From Rebecca billardiae RCC1528 (lineage: Eukaryota > Protista > Haptophyta), in contig OZ251225.1 in assembly GCA_965240325.2 (NCBI GenBank), forward strand, positions 372,001 through 436,000: a DNA stretch of 64,000 nt, read 5' to 3'. Below the pieces are notes generated by a model that searched no databases, was not told the DNA's origin, and was given only the letters and a program-made list of their open reading frames with translations. Positions 45,045 to 56,571 of this stretch are shown one piece after another; the stretch's first letter is position 1; each line of letters opens with the position of its first letter. Both the position numbers and the translations under genes were made by a program.

Positions 45045-45604
45045 CAGCCCGTCCGCAGGCAGCTCACCGCGCAACAGCCATCCGAGCCCGCGGCGGCGGG
45101 CGGGTTAAGACGGCAGCCGCCCTCCCCAGGGCTGCGCACCCTCGACCGAGCAGAGCGCGCAGCAAAAAGGATGCAGGCAGGAGCTCGATCTCGCCTGCCT
45201 GAGCTGTGTGCGTCTCTTTATTCTTAGTAAACTGGAGCAGAGCTCGATTTTTTTTTGGCCTGATGAAGCACGCTTTATTTCTTCTCCACCGGACTCGTCC
45301 AATAACTGCAGACGGCGGCGGTAACAGCCTGGCATAAGTACTGCCAGTCATGAGTGCTCAAATACGGCTCACAAAGTGAGCGAGCAAATACGACTGCCTG
45401 TACCGTTACTTACTTACTGCCGAACACCACTACTGATATAATAAGGGTAACGCGCCCGACGTCGTCGACGGGTGGCCAGCCCACGCCGCCGTCTTCGAAA
45501 GAGCTCCCCGCTCGCCGGCGCGCAACATTTCGGCCGGCTTGCAAGCTGCCCTCCATCGATCGCCGCGGGGCTCTCTCCGCGCGCCGCGCCGCTGAACGGC
45601 CAGC

Positions 45605-48600
45605 ATGGGGGCATGCCTTTCGCTCCTGACGAGCTGCATCGACTTCCGCGAGGGCGAGCGGGTCGAGGTCCTCGACGAGGAGGGCGGCGAGTGGCTCGCC
45701 GGTGTCATCAAGCACAAGATGACCGACGCGGACACGGGCGAGAAGGAGTACGCGATCGACTACGATGACATCGATGAGGACGAGTACGGCGTGGAGCAGG
45801 GCCGCATCCGGCGGGCGAGCACGTGGAACGACATCCTCTCTTTCGTCGTCGCCCACTCGGTCGGCTACACGCCGGGCACCAGGGTCGAGGCGCGGCGCGT
45901 GAACCGGTACGATTGGATCCCGGGGACCATCCACAAGGTGCACCCCAACGGGCTGTACGACGTGGACTACGACGACGGGCCGATCGAGGAGGGCATGGGC
46001 CCGTCGCGCATCAGGCTCGGCCCCGAGGGGCTGAGCATCATGGGTGGGCTGCGCTACTACTACGAGTCGGCCTTCACGAAGAAGGGCCGGCTCGCCGCGC
46101 AGGGCATCGACATCGAGGTGTCGACCGAGAACCACACGGTGCCGACGCGCTTCAAGCTGGGGACGAAGGTGCTGGTGCGCGACCGGCCGGGCGTGTTCAC
46201 GGTGACGGGCTTCGCCGGCTCGAGCGACGCGACGGTCACGCTGATCGGCCTGCGCCGCGACAAGATCGACGCGCGCGTGCGCGAGAACCAGATGCGCGTC
46301 GCGCAGGCCAAGGAGGAGGCGCGCTGGGAGTCGGAGGAGGACTCGCGCAAGAAGTCGCGGCGGAAGAAGAAGTCGGGCAGCACCGAGTCGCGGGACGAGG
46401 AGCAGTTCAAGGCCATGCAGATGTACTACCCGCAGGCGAGCTGGCGCCTCTCTGAGGTCGTCGAGCACGAGGAGGGCTCGACGGTGTTCTGCCAGCACCT
46501 GCGCGACCAGGGCGAGGACCTGGAGGACAAGCCGCTCGAGAAGGCGATCGTCGTGTCGAAGGACGCCAAGTACGTGCCCAAGGTGAACGTGAAGGGGCTG
46601 CGCAAGACGCTGCTCGAGCGCGTGACCGAGTGCTGCGAGGCCATCGGCCTGCGCGAGGAGCTCGAGTTCGACCCGGTCCACTCGTCGTACACGGTGCAGT
46701 TTGCAAACTCGGGCGAGGAGGAGTCGCTGGCCGCGTATCTCGTGTACGGCGAGAGCTCGGTGGCGGCGCCGCTGCAGGAGGACGACCCGCTGTACACGAG
46801 GGGCGACATCGTCACGTACGCGAGCGAGGGGCAGGACCAGTGGCTCGAGATCCTCTCCGTCAAGTCGGGCCACATCACGTACAACGTCGTGTTCGAGGAC
46901 GGCGACAAGGAGCTCAACCTCTCGTCCACGCACGTCAAGAAGCGCGAGAAGCGCTTCAAGGTGGGCGACCGCGTCGAGGTGAACTACAAGTCGTCGGGCA
47001 AGCTGGTGCCGGGCGAGATCACCGAGGCGTACGATGACATGGAGGGCGGGCGCAAGGTCACGCTCTACTCCGTCGACTACGACATCCAGGACGACGAGGA
47101 CGACGTGCCCGTCACGCGCATCTACAAGGAGGAGCAGCCCGCGCGGCTCAAGCGGCGCGAGTCCGTGTTCGCGCGCCGGCGGTCGAACAAGCAGTGGTAC
47201 GCGGGCACGGTGACCGAGGTGAAGCAGTCGCGCCAGTACACGTGCCGCTACCTCTACGACCACCACGACGTGCTCACCGGCAAGCGCGCGCGCGCGGGCG
47301 ACGAGGTGAACGTGCTCGAGGACGACCTCGACTCGCCGCTCAAGCCGATGCGCTACACGGAGGGCGAGCGCGAGCTCTACTACAAGATCAACATCAAGCT
47401 GCTCGGGCGCGAGGCGGGCGAGCCGACGTCGGCGCCGCCGCGCGTGCTCAACGGCGACCAGCGCGGCGAGCTGCGCAAGCTCTGCGAGAACAACTCGGAG
47501 GCGATCTGGAACGCGCTCGACCCGCAGATCAACCACGAGATCGACTGGTCGTTTTTGCACACCGTGCAGCACGCGCAGACGGACAAGCGGCGGAAGAACT
47601 ACATCGACGTGACGAAGATCCTGTTCGACACGGCGCCGAACGGCGTGCCGATCGACGCGTTCAACAACAACGGGCTGACGCCGCTCTACCTCGCGTGCAT
47701 CTACGGCGACGAGGACATCGCGTGGCACCTCGTCGAGAACGGCGCGGACGCGCTGATGCCGTGCGTCGGCCTCAAGTCGCCCGCACACATCATCCTCGAC
47801 CCGGCGTTCCCGCTCGACCTCGACCTGCTGATGACGGCGCTGCTGGACAAGCGCAAGTACGTCAGCCTGGGCGGGCGCAACCGCCGCGTGCACTACAACT
47901 TCGCCCTCCTCAACCCCTCCTTCTACGACACGGAGCTGATGCCGACGCCCAACTGCTTCATCACCGACACCGACCTCGGCACCGACAAGAAGCGCCACAT
48001 CGTCAACGGCGTCTCGCCGATGCGCATGGTCGTGAACGAGGGGCTGACGGAGATGATGACCGTGCCGATCGTCAAGAAGCTGATCGACGAGATGTGGTCG
48101 CAGTTCACCTTCGGCTTCCAGCTCGTCGACGCCATCGCCGCGTACACGACGATCATCTTCTTCTTGCTCGTCTCGACGCGCATCTTTGGGCTGGCCGAGC
48201 TCAACGTCGACCGCGAGTGGAGCGCGTGGGACAAGATGGACTGGTCGGTCTTCCTGATGATGGTCGTGATCATCCTGCTCGTGCTGATGGGCACGCGCGA
48301 CGAGCTCCTCGAGATGCGCCGGCTCGGCGTCACGCGCTACTTCTCCAACCAGTGGAACGTGATCGAGGTCGTGTCGTACCTGCTGCTGATCTGCACGCTC
48401 GCGATGGACGCGGCGATGCTCTTCAACCACCTGCCCGACGAGCTGGTCAGCTGCAGGGTGGTCGGCGGCGACGAGAAGTGCTTCACGCTGCACGACACCG
48501 TCTCGCTCAAGCGCAGGCTCACCGCCTTCGCCGCGCTCTTCGTCTGGATCCGCGGCCTCAAGTACGTGACGATGTTCCAGTCGGTGGGCGTGCTCGTGCG

Positions 48601-49638
48601 GATGGTCGAGAAGATGCTCAAGGAGGTCTTCATCTTCCTCGTCATCTTCCTCTTCTTCGTGTTCGGCTGGGCGCACGCGTTCACGGTGATCATGGCGGAC
48701 TCGGAGGCCGAGGAGGACGTCGAGGTCGAGTCGTTCCAGTCCTTCTTCATGTCGATCATCTCGTGCTTCCGCCTCTCGCTCGGCGACTTTGAGATGGAGG
48801 ACTACACGTCGTACGAGGGCGAGAAGCGGATGATGATCTTCCTCTGGGTCACCTTCCTCATGATCGGCGCGGTGCTCATGCTCAACCTGCTCATCGCGCA
48901 GGTGCGCGCGGCCGCGGGGGTGGCGTCGTGGCCGCGGCCGCGGGCGTGCGCCTGCGTCCGGGCGGGCGGGCGGGCAGCCGCGCGGCCCGGCGCCGCGCCG
49001 CGCCTGCGCACACCTGCGCCGCGCCGCGCACGGCTCACGCCGCCGCCGCCTGCCCGCGCGCGCACGCGCCCACCGCAGCTGTCCAACGTCTACACCATGA
49101 TCTCTGGCAACGTCGAGGCGGAGTACTCGCTGACGAAGGCAAGCATCATCTTCAACACCCAGGTACGCAGGGCACGCGGCGCGCCCATGCGGCGGCCAGC
49201 CGCATGCGTCTCAGCGCGTGCTGACGCGCCCGCGGTCGCGCCCCGCTCCGCGTCTGCTGATTGTGACAACAGGATCAGCTGGCAAACTCCAACCCGAAGG
49301 GCGTGGCCGGCAAGAAGCGCATCGAGCACCTGCGCATGACGATGACCACCGTCACGGCGCAGGAGGTCGAGTTCAACCGCGCCGAGGTGCATCGCAAGGC
49401 CAAGAACGACGAGGAGACCTACTCCGAGTCCGTGATGGAGAAGCTCAAGAACATCGAGGTCGAGCTGTCGAAGCAGTCGGCCATCCTGGAGACGGACTCG
49501 TCCAAGGCGGGGAAGAAGAAGGCGAACGAGGCGGTGGCTGCGCTGCTCGGCACCGAGGCCGACGACGAGGAGGTCAAGCCGAAGAAGTCCACCTTCCCGC
49601 TCTCGCTCTCGCGAGGCTCGTCGCCAAGGCGCAGCTGA
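45605..49638 (+). CDS. TRP/PKD-like 6-TM ion channel with about 7 N-terminal Tudor/Agenet-like repeats and ankyrin repeat(s); introns 48902-49078 and 49163-49272
   Basis: MGAC start; repeated FxxGxRVE...WxxGxI...YxVxYDDG units; GLTPLYLACIYGDEDIAWHLVENGAD; YFSNQWNVIE, FRLSLGDF pore, MLNLLIAQ|LSNVY S6; C-terminal coiled coil. Confidence 0.87.
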
Positions 49639-49909
49639 GTGCCGTGCACGCGCGAGAGTCACGCGGCGTGGCGCACGGGCAAGGTGCAGCTTGTGGGGAG
49701 GCACTCGCTCGAGGGTGCGGCGCCACTCCGGCCACTCGACCTCGTGTCTCTGGCGTCCGCCGAGGGACGATGCCTCTCTGCTCAGCCCATGCGCGCACTC
49801 GATCGATGATCTATATGGGTAGTCGGACGAGCGCTAGTCAGGGCGGAATCTATGCCGCATCGTATATAGTCTCGTCGTCGATCAGGGTCACCAAGGCGCG
49901 CGTATACAC

Positions 49910-52900
49910 TCACAGCCGAACGTATGCATCCTCGCCGCGCTCGTGCTGGTCCCACGCATCGAGCAGCGCATCACAGCCGCGAGGCGTGAGGCTGTTGAGC
50001 GCGAGGCTGAGCTGGAGGCTGGCCGGCTCGTCGCGCAGGCACGTGGCAAAAGAGGCTGCGCCGCGCTCGCTGATCCAGTTCTGCGTGAGGTCGAGGTGGG
50101 TGAGCGTGGGCCCGGACGTGCCGCGCTGCTGCTTCTGTAGCGCTCCCGCGAGTGCCACCGCGCCGTCGTCGCCCACGCCCGCGCGCCGCAGCTCGAGCCG
50201 CGCCAGGGCCGTGCGCTTGTTCTTCCCGAGCGCTCTCGCCAGCTCCTCTGCCCAGGCTGCGCCGAGTAAGTTGCTCGACACGTCCAGCGACGTGAGCGCG
50301 CTGTTGGTCTCCAGCGCGCTCGCGAGCAGGAGCAGGTCGCCTGACGGCGGCGCGCGCGGCTTGGGCGGATCCTGCCCGCGCGCCCGCGCCGCGCCGGTGC
50401 CACGGCGGGGCGGGCGCAGGGCGGGCACGTCCGTCGACGTGAGCGTGCACAGCGCGCGCGCGAGGCCGAGGTGGCGGAGCGCGCACGCGCCGGCGAGGGT
50501 CGTCGCCAGCGCGCGGATGGCACCGTTGCTCAGCCGGGCAGCGGCCAGGTCGAGCGACGTGAGCGCGCAGCGCGTGGAGAGCAACGGCTTTGCCAGCGCC
50601 GCCATGCTCGCCGTGTCCACGTTGGCGCCGCCCAGCCGCACCGCCGCGGGCGGCACCACCTCCGCCTTGGCCGCCAGCAGCTCGGCGAGCGCACCGAGCG
50701 GCTCCGCGGCGTCGGGCGGCTCACGTGGCGAGTCCGCGGGCAACGCCGCGCCGGCCGGGGGGCGCGGCATCCACGCCTTCCGCGGGCGCGAGGGGAAGTC
50801 CATGCCGCGGTCAATGACATTGTCGAGGTCGAGCGCACGCAGCGGCGCCCGCCAGCGCGCGGCGGCTCGGATGAGCGCCGACGCGCCGTCCGCGCCCATC
50901 CGCCCGCCACTCAGGTCGAGCGAGGTGGCGGCGGTGTTCGCCGCGAGCAGCTCGGCGATGCACGCCGCGTCGAGCGCATGCAGCCGCCGATCGTGCAGCG
51001 CGAGCGCGCCCGCGCCGACGCGGAGCTGCTGCACGCCCAGCCGCACCGCGCGCAGCGTGAGGTGCGCCAGTGCGCTGTTGTCGCGCAGCGCGCCGCCCAG
51101 CCGCGCCGCGCCGCTGGAGTCCATGCTGCGGTCGCGCACGCGCAGGGCGGTGAGCGTGCGGTTGGACCGGAGCACGTCGGCGAGGACCTCGCACGCCTCC
51201 TGATCCACGCCGATCTCGACGAGCGCCACCTCCGTCAGCGTCGAGTTGGCGATCAGCGCCGCGAGCAGCGCGCGCACGCCGGCCACGCCGAGCGAGCGCT
51301 CGCGGGGTGCGCGCACGCTCAGCCCGCGCGCCGACTGGTTCGAAGCGAGCAGCTCGCCGATCACGATGGCGTCGCGCTCGCTGAGCGAAGGGGCGCCGGC
51401 GCGGTCGTACACGAGCCGCTCCACGCCCCCGCGCAGCGCGACCAGGTCGATCTCGAGCTCGTCGAGCGTGAGGCTCTCCACCGCCGCCTCCTCGCGCACC
51501 GCGGCCGCGAGCGCGCGCGTCTCGTCGAGGCTGAGTCGCGCCTCGGCCATGTGCACGCGCAGGGGCGAGGGGAGCGCGCCGGGCGCGGGCGCGGCGGGCT
51601 GCGCGGCGAGCAGCGCGCGCAGGCCCTCGACCGCCTCGCCGTGCCTGCCCACGAACGCGAAGCGGTCGAGCCGCCCGCCGCCGGGCTCTGCGCCGACGCT
51701 GTCTGCGCCGAGCGCCCAGCGCGCCAGCGCGGCCGACACGGCCTCGCCCGCGCGCAGCGCGCCCGTGTGTGCGCCGGGCGCCCGGCCGAGGCGCACCGCC
51801 GCCCGCCAGCCCTGCCACACCCACTGCAGCGTCGCGTCGCGGCCGAGCGCGTGCGCCAGCTGTGCCGGCCTCGCCAGCCGCGCGTGCAGCAGCCACGTCC
51901 AGTCGATGGTCGGCATGGCGAGCGCGTCGCTGGGCCCCAGGCTGCGCGCGGCCGCGCGCCGACTCCAGTACATGTCGGCCGCCGCCTGCTGGGGCGGGGC
52001 GGTTGGGCCTCCGGCGGGCCAGCTCCACACGAGCTGGCGGGCTTGGCGGTCCTCGCCGCCGTACAGCTGGCGCAGCGCGATGCGGCCGTCGGGCGAGCCC
52101 ACCACCTTGAAGAGCGCGCCAGAGTCGCCGCCGTCCGACGCGGCGGCCGCGGCGCCCGCCCCCTCCTCGCCCTCCTCGCCGCCATCCTCGTGCAGCTGCG
52201 CGCCGAGCTTCTTGCGGATGGCGCTGCCCGGCGGGAGCAGCTTGCTCGAGAGGCGGCGGAGCAGCGCGCCCGGGCTCGGGCGCGGCTTGGGCGTGCGCGC
52301 TGCCGCCTTCCGGCCACGTCTCGACGGCGGCTGGCTCCGGCCGCGCGTGGCTGCGCGCCCGCCGCCGCGCGCGCCGCGGTCGTCACCGCCCGCCTTGCCC
52401 CCGTCCCCCTCGGCGTCGTCGTCCGAGATGACGGCCGCGTCGTCCGAGTCGTCGTCGCCCTCGCCGTCCTGCACGGCGCGCAGCCGCCCCTCGCTCACGC
52501 GGCCGGTGGCGAAGTCGTCCTCCGAGCGCTCAAGCGGGCTGTGCCAGTGCGTGTACGTGAGCGCGCCGTGGTGCGCGCGCGGGTAGAGACCGCCCATGCA
52601 CAGCAGCGCGCGGTGGTACGCGCGCAGCCGCTCCTCCGAGCCGAGCAGGTAGAAGACGAAGGCGATCTCGAGCTTGGAGGAGGGCACCGCGGTGCGGCTG
52701 AACTCGAGCGGCGTGCTCGCGCGCTTCAGCTCGAGGATGGGCAGCGCGACGAGGTTCAGCCGCAGGAAGCGCAGCGCGGCGTCGTCCGCGCGCAGCGCGC
52801 GCGCGAGCGAGCGCGCGCCGCGCGCGGTCAGCTCCGTGAGCCTTCCGCTGCGGCTGCCGGACTCCTTGAGCGTGAGCGTGCGCAGCGTCTTGTTCGCGAC

Positions 52901-55900
52901 GAGCGCGTGCGCGAGCGCCTGCGCGCCCTCGTCGCCCACGCCCGCGCCGATCAGCTCGAGCGCGGTCAGCGCCTTGTTCGCGCGCAGCGCCCTCGCGAGC
53001 GCGAGCGCGCCCGCGTCGCCAATGTCATGCCCGCGGATGCACAGCGAGGTCGACGCGCGGTTCACCGCGAGCAGCTCGGCCATGAAGTCGAGGTGGCGGC
53101 TGGTCAGCCGCGCGGCGTGCGAGCGGTAGTTGTACGAGAGCTCGCTCGCGCCGCCGCCGCGCAGGTCGCGCACGCTCAGCTCGAACGTGCCGAGCCGCAC
53201 GCTCTCGATGGTGTGCGAGTGCCTCAGCGCCGCGCCCAGCCGGCTCTCAAGCTCGGGCACGTCCGGCGCGTTGATGCTCAGCCGGACGACGGAGCGGGTG
53301 CCGTCGAGGAGGCGGAGCAGGCGCTCCATCGCGGGCGCGTCCGCGCCGATCTGCATGTAGTCGCGGAACACCCACGTCGGCCGGTGCCGCCCGAGCAGCT
53401 CGCCCAGGTGGGCGCCGCCGATCGTGATCGCGTTGGCGTACCACGGCTCCTGCAGCGTCTTGGCCGCGACCTCGTCCGTGGGCAGGTACATGTTGCTGCC
53501 GTCCGTGCCCCAGAACGCGTCGACGGGCGGCGCGCCCGCGCCGGTCTCGAGGAGCGCGAAGACGAAGAGCGCCTCCTGGAACGACAGGTGCTTGAACTGG
53601 AACAGCCCGCTCCCCAGCCCGCCGCCGCCGCCGGCGCCGGCCGCGTCCGCGTCCGCGCCCTCGGCCTCGGCCTCGGCCTCGGCCTCGCCCAGCTCGATCA
53701 CCTTGATGAGCGGCAGCCCGACGCTCGGGTCGGCGCGGCACGCGGCGACGAGCGCGCGCCAGATGGCGCGCTCGTCGTCGGCGGTGAGCGCGTCCTCGAC
53801 GTGCTGCAGCGTGAACTCGCGCCGCCGCTCGCGGTGGTTCGCCTGCGCGATCGAGCGCATCAGCCGCAACAGCACGGCGGGCGCGCGCGCCTGCGCGGGC
53901 AGGCGCTGCGCGCCGCCGTCAATGAACTTGTGCACGGCGCACTCGAGCCCGCGGCGGTACAGGTCGAAGCGGTCGGCGGGCAGCACGGCCATGCCCTGGT
54001 CGAGGATGAGGATGAGGATGCTCAGCAGCACGGGCACGCTGCAGATCGAGTCGAACAGCTGCATCCGCGACTCGATCATGAAGTTGAGGTTCTGCTGCAG
54101 CGACGCGTCGTACGACGCGGCGAGGCTCGAGCGGAAGAAGGCGTACTCCTCGTACGCGTGCCGGTCCTCGTTCAGCGCGAAGGTCTCGGTGTGCACGAGC
54201 TGCACCTCGGCGAAGTGGCGGAAGCCCGACTCGTGCTCGAGCTCGAGGTTGTAAAGGATCCGCCGGTAGTGCGTCGGGTCCTCGCGCTCCGGGTGGTAGA
54301 AGTTCTTGCACCGGACGATGCGCAGCTGCCGGCTGGCGGCGGCGAGCTCGGCCGCGATCGCGAGCATCGCGTTGCCGTGCGGGCACATCACGCGGCAGCG
54401 CACGACGTCGAGCACGCACGCCTCGGGCGCGGCGCCGTCGTCGAAGCGGCCCGCGTAGTCGTTGCTCGCCTTCTCGAACACGCGCACCGGGTCCTTGAGC
54501 GGCGCCACCTCGACGCGCACCTTGTGCCTGCGCTCAAAGTGCTTCATCGTGCGCACAAACTCGGGGCGCGCAACCTCGGCCGACGCGTACAGCTGGTCGG
54601 TGCGCGCGACGATGCGGCGCCACAGCGCGCTCGGCGCGCCGGCGGCGGGGTCGAGCAGCACGAGCTTGACGAACGCCGCCGCCACCTGCTGCGCGTCCGC
54701 GGGCACGCCCTCTACCCAGGCCGCCGCGGCCGCGCGCGCGACGTCCGCGTCGGGCGCGCGGGCCGCGCCGCCGCCGAGCAGCGCGCCGTCGAGCTCGCGC
54801 AGCTTGGCGTCGGTGAGCGCGGCGCAGAGCTCCTGGATGTAGCCCGAGGCGGGCGGCTCGGCGTCGCGCAGCGCAGCGCACACCTCGCCGCGCACGCTCT
54901 GCTGCCGCATCGACGGCTCGAAGCCGCCCGGCGGCCGCTGGAAGTCGTCGCGCTCGGCGATGCCGGCGAGCGCGCGGCGCGTGGGCTCGGGCATTTCGAG
55001 GAACACCTTGTCGTGCTCCTTGCGCACGTCGGCGAAGTTCTTGAGGCGGAGGAAGACGTCGTTGCTCTGCAGCTGCTGCAGCACCGCCTTGTCCTGCTGC
55101 TCCTCCGACAGCGGCGCGAGGTTCATGATCACAAAGTGCCGAGCGAACGCCTCGAGCCGCACGCCCTCCGGCCGCGAGGTGGCGATCAGGCGCACGCCCG
55201 AGCTCACGAGCGCGCGCAGAAAGTCGTGCAGCGCGGGGCGCTGCTCGGCGGCCTCGTCGATGCCGTCGACGAGCACGATCAGCCGCCGCGCGCGCAGCGC
55301 GTGCATCACCAGCCGCGCGTCCTCCCCCGCGTACAGCTCGTCCAGCCGCACGTACTCGTGCAGGACGTGCGCGAACCGCGCGAACGCGCTCGAGCCGCCC
55401 AGCTCGGCGCCCATCGCGCCCGCGCGCAGGTACGAGGTCAGCTTCTGCGCGTACAGCACGACGGGGAGCCAGCGGTCGGCGGCGGGCGCGGTGCGCAGGA
55501 CGTTGAGCAGGTAGTAGAACAGCTGGTGCATCGACCACGTCTTGCCCGTGCCGGGCCCGGCGTGGATGAGCACGGGCGTGCTGTCGTGCGCGCCGCGCTC
55601 GCGCCCCGCGCCGGGCGCGAGCAGCTGCTGCGCCACCTCCTTGATGTCTCGCACGCCGCGCCACGCGTCGAGCTGCAGGCCGTACAGCGCCTCGGGGCGC
55701 TCGACCTCGCTCGCCGGCACGCGCACGCGGAACGCGCCGCCGCCGAGCTCGACCTCCACGCTCAGCGGCGGCCCGGAGGCGCGCGCTCCGGTTTCGGCTC
55801 CGGTGGGTACCGCGCGGGAGCCGTCGGCGCCGTCCTCGCCCTGCTCGTCGTCGCCATCGCCGTCGTCGTCGCCGTAGTCGTCGGCAAAGTCGTCGCTGTC

Positions 55901-56533
55901 ATCGTCGGCGGCGGCGACACCGCGCCGCCCGCCAGTCGGGCGAGTCGAGCGCGGCTCGGACTGGCCGCCATGCGAGGAGACCACCGTGCCCACCTTGCCG
56001 CGCACACGCACGGTCGAGTCGGGCGCCAGCCGCTCGCGCGGCCGCAGCCGCACCCAGCGCACGTCCTGCGGCGCGCGCGAGCCGTAGGTCTGGTCGACGG
56101 CGGACGTGCTCGCGTCCGTGTTGATGAGCAGCAGCTGGTCGGCCGTCTGCAGCGTGCGCCCCGTGATCGCGTCCTCCACCGTGCTGTACTTGTCGCCGAG
56201 CCGCTTCGCGTACGCCGCGACCGCCGAGCCCGCCGACTCGTCCGCGATCGGCGCGGGTGCGCGCGCGTGGTTGTACTCGTTGAGGTCGAGCTCGCCCAGC
56301 CTGTCGCTCAGCCCGTGCCGGCTGCCGCTGCCCGGCGCGGGCGCGCGCGTGACGGCGGCCTCCTTGAGCGCGCCCTTCGGCCCGAGCACGCACACCCGCT
56401 CGGCCTCGGCGTACGCGTACACGGGCGCGAGCGCCAGCGTGCGCGGCGAGACGGGCGAGACGCGGATCACGCGCTGGGTGTTGTCGACGCGCACGCTCAG
56501 CGCGTCCGCGCCGCCCTCGCCGCCGCCCTCGCC

Positions 56534-56571
<38 letters not shown>

